DNA of 56,116 bases. It comes from Eubacteriales bacterium (GTDB lineage Bacteria; Bacillota; Clostridia; Monoglobales; Firm-18). The notes beneath the pieces were generated by a model. It did no database searches. It was not told the origin of the DNA and was given only the letters and a program-made list of their open reading frames with translations. A program made the position numbers and the translations under genes. The stretch lies in NCBI GenBank assembly GCA_028697835.1, contig JAQVDK010000002.1, positions 1 through 56,116 on the forward strand. The letters are read 5' to 3'. Positions 27,690 through 36,680 of this stretch are shown here, piece after piece (position 1 is the stretch's first letter; every line of letters starts with the position of its first letter).

Positions 27690-28637
27690 ACAAAGCCATT
27701 CTCCCTCCTGCTGCCTGCTTACAATTTCAATGCCGCATGATTTAAGGGCATTTGCCACTTCATTTTCCCTAAAATCTATAATACCCGATAAAATGCACAC
27801 GCCTTCAGGTTTTAAATATGTCTTTATATCCGGTGCCAAAGCAATTATAACATCGGCCACAATATTTGCGGCAACAACGTCATAACCCGAACCAAGCATC
27901 TTTTTTAGCTGCAAATCCTCCAAAACATTGCCGGAAAAGACAGTAAAGTCCTTGTCATCCACTTTATTAAGCCTGGCATTTTGATAGGCTATCTTTTCGC
28001 AGTTTGGGTCAATATCTGCAGCAGTAACCTTTTTTGCCCCTAAAAGCAGTGAAATAATGGAAAGTATCCCGCTTCCACAGCCAAGATCCAAAACACTGCT
28101 GCCGGAGTAAACATATTTTTCAAGCTGCTGTATGCACATACGCGTGGTTTCATGAGTGCCTGTGCCAAATGCCATACCGGGATTTACTTCAAAAACAATC
28201 CTATCGGTGTCGTACAAAAGCTCATGCCACTGGGGCTTGATAAGGATTTTTTCGCCAATTTCAATTGGCTTGAAATATTTTTTCCAATTATTTGCCCAAT
28301 CCTCTTCGCTTACATTGGAAAACTCCATATTCAAAGAGCCGTATTTTCCGTCCGCATCTTCGGCTTTCAAAGCACCGACGCTTTCCTTTATAAGCCTTAG
28401 CATATCATGTCCGGCTTGGTTATCACTAAGGTATACTTTTACGCAGGTTTTTCCTTTTTTAGACTCTAAAAGCGACTCATCAACATAGTCCCAATGCCGG
28501 GTTTGATTTTCCAAAAAATCTAAAAAATCCTTTTCGTCCTCTATTTCAAATCCTGTGATGCCAATATTATAAAGCCTTCCTGTTAAAGGCTCTATCCCCT
28601 CAGAGGTTGTGTTTATTGCAAGCTGTATCCAATCCAA
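27666..28637 (-). CDS. prmA: Ribosomal protein L11 methyltransferase
   Basis: SAM motif VLDLGCGSGILSI. I place the start at TTG 28637 (M-DWIQLAINT, matching the usual M-x-W-x-x-L PrmA N-terminus), 6 nt after GGAGGA. The track start at 28652 is also TTG but has no RBS. Confidence 0.86.
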   Translation of the reverse strand: MDWIQLAINTTSEGIEPLTGRLYNIGITGFEIEDEKDFLDFLENQTRHWDYVDESLLESKKGKTCVKVYLSDNQAGHDMLRLIKESVGALKAEDADGKYGSLNMEFSNVSEEDWANNWKKYFKPIEIGEKILIKPQWHELLYDTDRIVFEVNPGMAFGTGTHETTRMCIQQLEKYVYSGSSVLDLGCGSGILSIISLLLGAKKVTAADIDPNCEKIAYQNARLNKVDDKDFTVFSGNVLEDLQLKKMLGSGYDVVAANIVADVIIALAPDIKTYLKPEGVCILSGIIDFRENEVANALKSCGIEIVSRQQEGEWLCLIGKVLL

Positions 28638-28652
28638 AGCAATTTCCTCCAA

Positions 28653-28943
28653 CTATATGTTTATCATATTTTGTATTACCAAAAGACAAAAAATTCCGAA
28701 AGTTAACGAATAAAAAACCAAGCTTATAATAACAAGGGCAATACCAAAATTCCTTTTTGAAGGAGCAACATTTTTCCTAAAGCTCCAAGCACATATCATG
28801 ATAATGTTAACTATCGGTATTAATACAAGCAAAAATGTTAAAAGCCATTCCCCTACGGAAACTTCATTGGCTTTTTTATATTCTTTAGCCATTTTTTCAG
28901 CAGGAGTTGTAAAAGGCGGGTGAAACTGAACATTATTTCCCAT
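28653..28943 (-). CDS. Hypothetical small membrane protein (2 TM)
   Basis: 96 aa with RBS GGAGGGGAGG. Its stop codon abuts the prmA region. Confidence 0.5.
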   Translation of the reverse strand: MGNNVQFHPPFTTPAEKMAKEYKKANEVSVGEWLLTFLLVLIPIVNIIMICAWSFRKNVAPSKRNFGIALVIISLVFYSLTFGIFCLLVIQNMINI

Positions 28944-29055
28944 AATACTACCTCCCCTCCTTTTAGATAATGTATATAAAAAAAGCTACTAAATAATCTT
29001 TAACTGCCAATTGTATTTATTATACACTAATTTACATTAAAATTCAATAAATAAA

Positions 29056-29084
29056 TTGACGGTGGGAAAATAATGTGTTAATAT
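29056..29084 (+). promoter_or_regulatory. Sigma-A-type promoter candidate for the DUF624 gene
   Basis: TTGACG (29056-29061), 17-nt spacer ending in TGT (extended -10), TAATAT (29079-29084). Confidence 0.45.
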
Positions 29085-29145
29085 AATATAAAGCAAAATG
29101 CTTACATATACATAAATGCTCTTAGCATGATTGGAGGAAAAATAA

Positions 29146-30000
29146 ATGGCAGGCTTTTTTGGTTTTTTCGACTATACCAAGCCCGGAAAAGGCGTGGAAA
29201 AAGAAGAGTTTAAGCCGAATTTCAGCACATTTTTCAGAATTTTCTTCGGAAGGTTTTGGAAGCTTTTGCAACTTAACATGTTATATTTCATATGCTCAAT
29301 CCCTTTGTTTGCAGCTATGCTTTTGTACCTTCCCATAGATACCATGGGCAGCGAAGAAGGGATTATTCCAATGTATAAAACAATGGTCTTTTTCCTGCTT
29401 TATTTTGCGGTTGTAGGAATAGCCCCCATTGCCACTGGGTTTACCTATGTTTTAAGGAATTTTACAAGCGACCGTCATTCTTGGGTTTTCAGCGATTTTT
29501 TTGAACAAATAAGAAAAAACTACAAGCAGGCTTTTGGGGTGCTTTTAATTGATATTTTGGCTGTTTTGGTTATTCCCGTTGCATATAACTTCTACACACA
29601 AATCATATCCTCAGGCAGCGAAACCGCCCAAGCAATGAGCGGTCTTGCGTTTTTTGCAAGAACTCTTATTGTAATGATTGGCGGAATGTATTTTATAATG
29701 CACTTTTATATTTACCAAATCATGGTTACCTTTGACATGAAGCTTTTACAAATACTAAAAAACTCTTTTATATTTTCACTTGCCCAACTTCCAAGAAACA
29801 TTGGAGTGCTTGCTCTAATTACAGCAGTGGCGGGCCTTACATTCGGAATGTCAACTTTTATCGGTATATTGCTAAGCTTTTTAATTTCGGCAAGTATTAT
29901 TGGTTACATTGTTAATTTTATAGTCCAGCCTGTAATTACAAAGCACATGATAAAAGATGGTGCCGATGGCATTGAAGAAGAAAATACCGAGCAAGAATAA
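29146..30000 (+). CDS. DUF624 (YesL-like) integral membrane protein
   Basis: 284 aa. The N-terminus FFRIFFGRFWKLLQLNMLYFICSIP is typical of YesL-type proteins, and there are about 6 TM helices. RBS GGAGGA. Confidence 0.62.
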   Translation: MAGFFGFFDYTKPGKGVEKEEFKPNFSTFFRIFFGRFWKLLQLNMLYFICSIPLFAAMLLYLPIDTMGSEEGIIPMYKTMVFFLLYFAVVGIAPIATGFTYVLRNFTSDRHSWVFSDFFEQIRKNYKQAFGVLLIDILAVLVIPVAYNFYTQIISSGSETAQAMSGLAFFARTLIVMIGGMYFIMHFYIYQIMVTFDMKLLQILKNSFIFSLAQLPRNIGVLALITAVAGLTFGMSTFIGILLSFLISASIIGYIVNFIVQPVITKHMIKDGADGIEEENTEQE

Positions 30001-30024
30001 ATAAATAAATAAATAAATAAATAA
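29998..30024. repeat. (TAAA)6.75 tetranucleotide microsatellite
   Basis: The perfect tandem TAAA run begins with the DUF624 stop codon and ends at the terminator stem. Confidence 0.95.
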
Positions 30025-30055
30025 TCCCCTAATGCGTTAGCGTTAGGGGATTTTT
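30025..30055. terminator. Bidirectional terminator between the convergent DUF624 and AcuB-like genes
   Basis: TCCCCTAA / TTAGGGGA stem, extended inside by GC/GC pairs, then TTTTT on plus. On minus the tail is ATTATTTATTTATTT, supplied by the microsatellite. Confidence 0.7.
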
Positions 30056-30058
30056 AAA

Positions 30059-30700
30059 CTATTTGTTTTGCAGTTTATACAGTATTTCAAATCCTTCTTT
30101 TTCTATTGTTTCTTCAATTTCTTTGGTGTTTAAAGTATTAATGCCCATGACAATAGCGCTTTTTCCACCCGCACGTCCGTAAACGGCAATATGTGTTATA
30201 TTTGCGCCAAACTTCGAAATAGCGCTTGAAAGCTTGGAAAGCATTCCCGGCTCGTCTATGGATTCTATCGTAAGCCTTGTGCCGGGCGCTTTAAACCCGG
30301 ATAGTTCTATAAACGCATCAAAAATATCACTGGCGGTAACTATGCCCACAAGCCTGCCGTTGTCTAAAACAGGCAGGAAGCTTACGTCATGATGACGCAT
30401 AAGCACAACAGCTTCTTCCAAAAGAGCATCGGGCGAAATGGTTACAAGCTCTTTAGACATTATGTCTTTAATTTTTGTTTTTGCAAGCAAATAAGTAATT
30501 TCTCCTACGCTAAGTGAGGTTGCCTTTGTGGGAGAATACCTGATAATGTCGTCCTTGGACACAACCCCCACAAGCTTTCCGTCCTTCATAACAGGCAGCC
30601 TTTTTACGCCGTTTTGTACCATTATTTCCTGTGCCTCAATGATTGTCTGCTCAGGTGAAACAGTAAACGGATTTGCCACCATCTTGTTTTTTACGAACAT
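30059..30700 (-). CDS. CBS-CBS-ACT protein (AcuB-like)
   Basis: 213 aa from ATG 30700 (RBS GGGAGG), with two CBS motifs then a C-terminal ACT-like domain. It starts 4 nt after the livF stop. The track start at 30736 would overlap livF. Confidence 0.78.
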   Translation of the reverse strand: MFVKNKMVANPFTVSPEQTIIEAQEIMVQNGVKRLPVMKDGKLVGVVSKDDIIRYSPTKATSLSVGEITYLLAKTKIKDIMSKELVTISPDALLEEAVVLMRHHDVSFLPVLDNGRLVGIVTASDIFDAFIELSGFKAPGTRLTIESIDEPGMLSKLSSAISKFGANITHIAVYGRAGGKSAIVMGINTLNTKEIEETIEKEGFEILYKLQNK

Positions 30701-30704
30701 GCAA

Positions 30705-31409
30705 TCAACCTCCCAAATATGCTTTTTTGATACCATCGCTTTGCATTAATTCTTCACCTGTACCCGAAAGAACAATAGACCCCGTTTCCATTACATACGC
30801 CTTGTGGGCAATTTTCAAAGCCATGCTGGCATTTTGCTCCACAAGAAGTATGGTGGTGCCGGCGTTGTTAATATCAAGTATAATGTTAAAAATTTCCTGA
30901 ACCAAAAGGGGCGCAAGACCCATGGAAGGCTCGTCAAGGAACAGAATATCGGGCCTGCTCATAAGCGCCCTGCCTATGGCAAGCATTTGCTGCTCGCCGC
31001 CTGACAAGGTTCCAGCAAGCTGCTTTTTTCTGTCCGCAAGAATGGGAAATCTTTCGTAAACCATTTTTAAATCAGCGGCAATGTTCGCTTTGTCACGTCT
31101 TAAAAACGCCCCAAGCTCAAGGTTTTCCAAAACCGTCATTGCCGGAAAAACCCTTCTTCCTTCAGGCACATGGGAAATTCCCCTTTTAACCCTTTCCTGG
31201 GCGGACAGGTTGGTAATATCCGTGCCGTCTAAAAGTATTTGCCCGCTTGTAGACTTTTTAAGCCCCGAAATTGTGCGCAATGTGGTGGTTTTTCCCGCAC
31301 CATTGGCACCGATAAGGGTTACAATTTCGCCTCTTTGTACCGTCATGGATATGCCCTTTAATGCATGAATACCTCCAAAATGAACATTAATATCCTTAAT
31401 TTCAAGCAT
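30705..31409 (-). CDS. livF: Branched-chain amino acid ABC transporter, ATP-binding protein LivF
   Basis: Has GANGAGKTT, LSGGEQQMLAIGRAL and LFLDEPS. ATG 31409 (MLEIKDI) lies 9 nt after GGAGG and overlaps the livG end by 8 nt. Confidence 0.9.
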   Translation of the reverse strand: MLEIKDINVHFGGIHALKGISMTVQRGEIVTLIGANGAGKTTTLRTISGLKKSTSGQILLDGTDITNLSAQERVKRGISHVPEGRRVFPAMTVLENLELGAFLRRDKANIAADLKMVYERFPILADRKKQLAGTLSGGEQQMLAIGRALMSRPDILFLDEPSMGLAPLLVQEIFNIILDINNAGTTILLVEQNASMALKIAHKAYVMETGSIVLSGTGEELMQSDGIKKAYLGG

Positions 31410-32187
31410 TGTTAACATCCTCCCCCAAATAAGCCTCGATAACCCGCTTGTCAGATTTAATTTGCTCAGGGGTTCCGTTTGCAATTATTTTTCCATAATC
31501 CAGAACATATATTCTCTCGCAAGTTTGCATTACAAGGGACATATCATGCTCAATCAGAAGGATAGTAAGATTAAATTCTTCCCTTATGTGCCTTATTAAG
31601 GAAATCAACTCTGTTGTTTCCGCGGGATTCATGCCTGCCGCAGGCTCGTCCAAAAGCAGGAGCGAAGGGTTTGTTGCCAATGCACGTGCAATTTCCAAAT
31701 GACGCTGCTCGCCATACGGAAGATTGTTTGCAAGCTCCTCTTTCTTTTTATCAAGACCTAATATTTCCAAAAGCTTTATGCTTTCTTCAACAATCTTTTT
31801 TTCTTCCTTGTTGTATCTTAGTCCGTGAACAAAGCTTGAAAAAATTCCATATTGAATGTCCTTGTGCATAGCTATGCGGACATTGTCCAAAACCGTAAGG
31901 TTTTTAAACAAGCGAATGTTTTGAAATGTCCTTGCTATGCCCTTGCCGCATATCTTATATGGCCTTAGGCCTTGTATGCTTTCTTCTCCCTTTTTTGTCC
32001 TGAAAACAATTTTCCCCGTCGTGGGAACATAAACCCCGGTAAGAAGGTTGAAAAGGGTTGTTTTTCCTGCCCCGTTAGGACCTATAAGGCCCAAAAGCTC
32101 CCCTTCGTTAATTTCCATATTAACATTGGACACAGCAGTCAATCCGCCGAAAGATTTAGTCAATTTTTCCACAGTTAATATAGGCAT
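31402..32187 (-). CDS. livG: Branched-chain amino acid ABC transporter, ATP-binding protein LivG
   Basis: Has GPNGAGKTT, LPYGEQRHLEIARAL and LLLDEPAAG. Confidence 0.9.
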   Translation of the reverse strand: MPILTVEKLTKSFGGLTAVSNVNMEINEGELLGLIGPNGAGKTTLFNLLTGVYVPTTGKIVFRTKKGEESIQGLRPYKICGKGIARTFQNIRLFKNLTVLDNVRIAMHKDIQYGIFSSFVHGLRYNKEEKKIVEESIKLLEILGLDKKKEELANNLPYGEQRHLEIARALATNPSLLLLDEPAAGMNPAETTELISLIRHIREEFNLTILLIEHDMSLVMQTCERIYVLDYGKIIANGTPEQIKSDKRVIEAYLGEDVNNA

Positions 32188-32190
32188 AGT

Positions 32191-33174
32191 CTAAGACCTC
32201 TCCTTTCCTACTTTAGGCTCTATCTTGCTTGCGGCCCTTTTAAACAGGCTTAAGGAAAGCTCTCTTGACCCCATAATCCCCTGTGGACGGAAAAGCATGA
32301 TAATTATTAAAATAAGAGAATAAATTATCATTCTAACTTCCGAGAACCGCTGCAGGAATGTGGAGATAAGAGCAAGAATTGCAGCGCCCAAAACCGAGCC
32401 CGTAAGGCTGCCCATGCCGCCTAAAACCACAATAACCAATATATCCACCGATTTTGCAAAATTAAATATATTCGGCTTTAAAAAATAAAAATAAGAGGCA
32501 TATAAAGCTCCTGCCACCCCTGCAAAAAAAGCACCTATTACAAAAGCGGCAACCTTGTACTTGGTGGTATTTATACCCATGGCTTCAGCGGCAATTTCGT
32601 CCTCCCTGATGGCTATACAAGCCCTGCCGTGGGAAGATTTTATAAAGTTGCTTATAATAATAAGCGTCGCAGCCGTAAAAACAAACAGCCATGTCCAATT
32701 GATAAAACGTGGAATTCCCTGCAGTCCTGCCGCGCCATTGGTAATTTTAAGATTGGTAAAGATAATTCTGATTATCTCCGCCATACCTAAAGTGGCAATT
32801 GCAAGATAGTCACCTCTAAGGCGCAGCGTAGGCAGCCCTACCGCAACACCAACAATTGCGGAAAGTATCGCACCTGCCGCAACCCCTTGAATAAATCCGG
32901 CATAAGTTGGATTTTTAAGAGTAATAATCGCGCAGGCATATGCGCCTATCGCCATAAAACCTGCGTGGCCCAAGGAAAACTGCCCTGTAAATCCCGTCAC
33001 AAGGTTAAGGCTTACCGCCAATATAATGTTTATGCATATGGTTGCCAATGTAGTTTGGTAATAGTCGGTAATTATTCCAATATTAATTAGAAATTGGACC
33101 AGAAGATAAGTTAAAACGATAAAAACCAGTTTCACTACATTGGAAGCCTTAAATATAGATTTCATCTCCCTCAT
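32191..33174 (-). CDS. livM: Branched-chain amino acid ABC transporter permease LivM
   Basis: 327-aa polytopic permease of the HAAT family. TAATG overlap with livH. Confidence 0.88.
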   Translation of the reverse strand: MREMKSIFKASNVVKLVFIVLTYLLVQFLINIGIITDYYQTTLATICINIILAVSLNLVTGFTGQFSLGHAGFMAIGAYACAIITLKNPTYAGFIQGVAAGAILSAIVGVAVGLPTLRLRGDYLAIATLGMAEIIRIIFTNLKITNGAAGLQGIPRFINWTWLFVFTAATLIIISNFIKSSHGRACIAIREDEIAAEAMGINTTKYKVAAFVIGAFFAGVAGALYASYFYFLKPNIFNFAKSVDILVIVVLGGMGSLTGSVLGAAILALISTFLQRFSEVRMIIYSLILIIIMLFRPQGIMGSRELSLSLFKRAASKIEPKVGKERS

Positions 33175-34058
33175 TACACCTTCTCCCTTGTATTTTTACC
33201 AAGAAGCCCTGCCGGTTTTACAATAAGAATAACGATTAATATTGCAAAAACAACGGCATCACGATACATAGAGTTTCCATATCCTGCAACAAAAACCTCC
33301 ACCGCACCGATAAAATATCCGCCTATAAAAGCGCCGGGAATAAGACCTATGCCGCCAAAAACCGCGGCAACAAAAGCTTTAAGCCCGGGGATAACGCCCA
33401 TAAGCGGATTTATGGAATTGTAATATATGCCGACCAAAACTCCGGCCGCGCCTGCAAGGGCAGAACCTAAGGCAAATGTAAAGGAGATGGTGTTGTTTAC
33501 ATTTATCCCCATAAGTTCTGCAGCGTCCTTGTCCAGTGAAACCGCTCTCATTGCCTTGCCCAATTTTGTATGTCTAACAATAATTTGAAGCAAAACAACC
33601 AAAACTATTGTAATTACCACAATCAGGATTTGTTTCATGGAAATAAAAATGCTGCCCAAATTTATATTTTCCGCTAAAATCCCCGTCAAAGGCGGATAGG
33701 AGCGAACATTGGCCTTCATAAAAAACATTGTTACATATTCTAAAAACAAAGATACGCCTATTGCGGTAATAAGGACGGTTATTCTTGGCGAATTTCTTAA
33801 GGGCTTGTACGCAATTTTTTCAATCGCAACACCAATAACAACGCAAGCAGCCATTGAAATAACAAGCGATGCAAACACGCCCAAGCCTAAAAAAGTCATA
33901 CAGTAATAGCCCACATATGCGCCAATCATGTAAATATCACAGTGGGCAAAGTTTATTAAGTTTATAATACCGTAAACCATGGTGTAGCCAAGTGCAACAA
34001 GTGCATATATGCTACCCAAGGATATACCGTTTATAACCTGTTGCAAAAATTGTTCCAA
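33174..34058 (-). CDS. livH: Branched-chain amino acid ABC transporter permease LivH
   Basis: The N-terminus EQFLQQVINGISLGSIYALVALGYTMVYG closely parallels E. coli LivH. TTG start after AAGGGAAG. Confidence 0.9.
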   Translation of the reverse strand: MEQFLQQVINGISLGSIYALVALGYTMVYGIINLINFAHCDIYMIGAYVGYYCMTFLGLGVFASLVISMAACVVIGVAIEKIAYKPLRNSPRITVLITAIGVSLFLEYVTMFFMKANVRSYPPLTGILAENINLGSIFISMKQILIVVITIVLVVLLQIIVRHTKLGKAMRAVSLDKDAAELMGINVNNTISFTFALGSALAGAAGVLVGIYYNSINPLMGVIPGLKAFVAAVFGGIGLIPGAFIGGYFIGAVEVFVAGYGNSMYRDAVVFAILIVILIVKPAGLLGKNTREKV

Positions 34059-34296
34059 AAAGCTTCCCTTCTTTCAATAATAAAAGCGTATTTGAAAAAT
34101 ATTCACCTTCTCCAAGCAAGATGTCTGTTTTTCAAATCCGCCTTTAAAGGTGTGGTAGTAAGTTAAGTTTCATGCTGCTTATATAATTTACAATAAGCAG
34201 GGCAAAATTTCGTCCCCGCTTATAGTCGATTATAGTCTTAATATTGCTGAATTTTCCTAAAAATATTATGCTAAAGGCAAACTTTAATATTTTCAA

Positions 34297-34320
34297 CCCG
34301 GCAGACAAAAGCCTGCCGGG
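34297..34320 (-). terminator. Partial (attenuating) terminator between livJ and livH
   Basis: Minus strand reads CCCGGCAG-GCTTTTGT-CTGCCGGG, then TTGAAAATATT (interrupted U-tract). It starts 14 nt after the livJ stop and is followed by a 240-nt spacer before livH. Confidence 0.5.
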
Positions 34321-34333
34321 CATATTTATAAAA

Positions 34334-35515
34334 TTAGTTGGAAACCTTTTCGCTGGAGTGTTGCTGTCCGTCTTTAAGGCCTACAACAACGATTGCCTTT
34401 ACAGGGTTGTTGTTTTCGTCAATGCTAAAGGAGCCGGTAACGCCTTTAAAGTCGGTTGTTGAAGCCAATGATTTTTGAAGATTTTCGCTGGTCAAGTCAG
34501 CCGTTCTCTTAATGCCATCTACAACAAAGTTTGCAAGGTCGTAACCCAATGCGTTAAATGCGTCAGGCTCTCTGTTGTATTCGGCTTTGAAATCTTCAAT
34601 AAACTCCTGAACAAGAGGGTCTTGGTCAAGTGATGAATAGTGGTTTGAGAAATAAACATCGTTTAATGCCTTTGCACCTGCAAGTTCAAGAAGAACCGGT
34701 GAGTCAAATCCGTCAGCGCCTAAAACAGGAACATTTATGCCTTGGTCACGAACTTGTTTTATGATAAGGCCTGCTTCGTTGTAATAGCCCGGAACGAACA
34801 AAACATCAAACTGCTTTGATTTAATGTTTGTTATGATGGCGTTAAAGTCTGTGTCACCTGAAACGTATGATTCGTGAGCAACGATTGTGCCGCCGTCTCC
34901 CTCAAAGGTTTTTATGAAGTTTTCCGCCAAGCCTTTTGCATAGTCGCTGGAGCTGTCGGAAATAAGAGCAGCTTTTGTAGCATTAAACTTTGTTTTGGCA
35001 TATGTAGCCATGGCTGTTCCTTGGTAAGAGTCGTTAAAGCAAATACGGAAAGCGAATTCCTTTACTCCGGAAGCGTCAACCGTAACGTCGTCAGCGGTTG
35101 CCGAGCCGGAAGCCACAGGCACCTTGTTGCTCATAGCAACGGGGATTGTTGCTTTAAACGAACCTGAGGTTGCAGGTCCCAAAACAGCAACAACTTTGTC
35201 CTGAGTGATAAGCTTTGTAGCAATTGATGTAGCCTCGGAAGGCTCTGACTTGTTATCATATTTTACAAGCTTAATTTTCTTACCGTTTACCCCGCCTGCT
35301 TCATTTACTTGCTTAATGGCAAGCTCTATTCCATCAACCGAGCTTTGTCCATAGGTGGCAACTTCGCCTGACAACTCATAGTTTACACCAATTTTGATTT
35401 CATCAGATTCAGTTGCTGTGTTGCCTTGCTCGGGCTGATTAGCGTTTTGCCCGCAACCAACCAAAAGAGAAACCGCAAGCAATGCACAAAGTGTGATACT
35501 TAAAAATTTCTTCAT
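34334..35515 (-). CDS. livJ: Branched-chain amino acid ABC transporter substrate-binding lipoprotein (LivJ/K family)
   Basis: ATG 35515 follows GAAGGAGAG. Lipoprotein signal MKKFLSITLCALLAVSLLVGC, then a type I periplasmic binding fold. The track start (TTG 35584) lacks an RBS. Confidence 0.88.
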   Translation of the reverse strand: MKKFLSITLCALLAVSLLVGCGQNANQPEQGNTATESDEIKIGVNYELSGEVATYGQSSVDGIELAIKQVNEAGGVNGKKIKLVKYDNKSEPSEATSIATKLITQDKVVAVLGPATSGSFKATIPVAMSNKVPVASGSATADDVTVDASGVKEFAFRICFNDSYQGTAMATYAKTKFNATKAALISDSSSDYAKGLAENFIKTFEGDGGTIVAHESYVSGDTDFNAIITNIKSKQFDVLFVPGYYNEAGLIIKQVRDQGINVPVLGADGFDSPVLLELAGAKALNDVYFSNHYSSLDQDPLVQEFIEDFKAEYNREPDAFNALGYDLANFVVDGIKRTADLTSENLQKSLASTTDFKGVTGSFSIDENNNPVKAIVVVGLKDGQQHSSEKVSN

Positions 35516-35599
35516 TTTTTTCTCTCCTTCTTTTAATTTAATTATGTAAGGGGATACAAAAAACTGCTCAAATCCCCTTTTCAATATTATTATTTTTAT

Positions 35600-35628
35600 A
35601 TTTTATACTCTATGCACAAATATGTCAA
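35600..35628 (-). promoter_or_regulatory. Sigma-A-type promoter candidate for livJ
   Basis: Minus strand reads TTGACA (35628-35623), 17 nt, TAAAAT (35605-35600). The predicted 5' UTR contains the hairpin AAGGGGAT/ATCCCCTT (35548-35579). Confidence 0.45.
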
Positions 35629-35831
35629 TTGTTTTTTGAAAAATTCTTTAACAATCATGCAACATAAAAGATAAACTGATTTTTTTTATTCACAACCATT
35701 GATGTTTTTTATCTTTTTGGCATTTATTGTATTCAGGGCAAATTTAATCATGCCCCCTTAGCTTATGCAACGCAGCCACAATGAAGGCTTGGAAAAAACA
35801 TTAACTTTTATATTAGAATACATTTTTCTTC

Positions 35832-35860
35832 TTGAAACGACATGACAGTTGTGTTATACT
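35832..35860 (+). promoter_or_regulatory. Sigma-A-type promoter candidate for ruvX-DUF1292
   Basis: TTGAAA (35832-35837), 17-nt spacer ending in TGT, TATACT (35855-35860). Confidence 0.5.
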
Positions 35861-35890
35861 TTGAATTGTAGTTAGAAAGAGATGATTTGT

Positions 35891-36310
35891 ATGAAGGTTT
35901 TGTGTGTTGACTATGGTGAATCAAGAACAGGAATTGCGCTAAGCGACGATTTGGGGCTTATGGCTCATGGACTTGAGACGATTTTTGACAAAAGCCCAAA
36001 AGCTGTTGCGCAAAAAATCGCACAAATAGCCAAGTTGAAGGATGCGGAAACAATTGTTATAGGTCTCCCCAAAAATATGAACAACACCTTGGGGGAGAGG
36101 GGGGAGAAAACCCTTCGTTTTGCACAGGTCTTGAAGGAATACTGCCAATGTGAAATTATCACATGGGACGAAAGGCTTTCCACCGTCAGTGCCATTGGTT
36201 ATCTAAACGAAACCAACACCCGGGGGAAAAAACGAAAGACAGTGGTTGACACCCTTGCCGCACAAATCATACTGCAGAGCTATTTGGATTTTAAAAACAA
36301 AGGAGGATAA
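35891..36310 (+). CDS. ruvX: Holliday junction resolvase-like / pre-16S rRNA nuclease RuvX (YqgF)
   Basis: MKVLCVDYGESRTGIALSD is the canonical YqgF N-terminus. ATG 35891 lies 10 nt after AGAAAGAG; the track ATG at 35882 abuts the RBS. Confidence 0.88.
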   Translation: MKVLCVDYGESRTGIALSDDLGLMAHGLETIFDKSPKAVAQKIAQIAKLKDAETIVIGLPKNMNNTLGERGEKTLRFAQVLKEYCQCEIITWDERLSTVSAIGYLNETNTRGKKRKTVVDTLAAQIILQSYLDFKNKGG

Positions 36311-36315
36311 AAGCA

Positions 36316-36603
36316 TTGAGCGAAGAAGTAAACGAAAAATTAATTGAGCTAACCGACGAGGCAACCGGTGAAAAGGTTGTATTTGAGCATTTGGATTCTA
36401 TTGAATATAAAGACAGGATTTATTACGTTCTTACTGAATATTTAGAAGATGAAGCTGAAACAAGCGATGTATATGTAATGCAGTTTATCGAGCTTGACGA
36501 CGGCAACGAAACTCTCGAAGTGGTCGAAGACGAAGATGTTATAAACCATGTATTTGACGAATTTAAAGAGAGAACAAAAGACAAATATGAGTTCTTGGAA
36601 TAA
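36316..36603 (+). CDS. DUF1292 (YrzB-like) acidic small protein
   Basis: 95 aa and highly acidic (ITLTDE/ VFEHL.. /YYVL pattern). It sits immediately after ruvX as in Bacillus (yrrK-yrzB). TTG start 9 nt after AGGAGG. Confidence 0.8.
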   Translation: MSEEVNEKLIELTDEATGEKVVFEHLDSIEYKDRIYYVLTEYLEDEAETSDVYVMQFIELDDGNETLEVVEDEDVINHVFDEFKERTKDKYEFLE

Positions 36604-36621
36604 ATTACTTTTATTTTTATC

Positions 36622-36650
36622 TTGATTTTCAGGCTGTTTCAGAGTATAAT
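36622..36650 (+). promoter_or_regulatory. Sigma-A-type promoter for the structured sRNA candidate
   Basis: TTGATT (36622-36627), 17 nt, TATAAT (36645-36650). Predicted TSS is near 36657. Confidence 0.55.
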
Positions 36651-36680
36651 ATATTTACAGGAAGCAAATGATAGATATAT

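Noticed and set aside
34220-34239. Possible internal livH promoter using the TATAAT created by the tandem repeat (minus strand GACTATAATCGACTATAAG).
   Set aside because: There is no acceptable -35 element at 16-18 nt (best GGAAAA). It is left as part of the structured spacer rather than called as a promoter.
35630-35646. CodY-like box (TGTTTTTTGAAAAAT) next to the livJ -35 element.
   Set aside because: It matches only about 10 of 15 positions of AATTTTCWGAAAATT, which is indistinguishable from AT-rich background. It is worth a PWM scan but is not reportable as a site.
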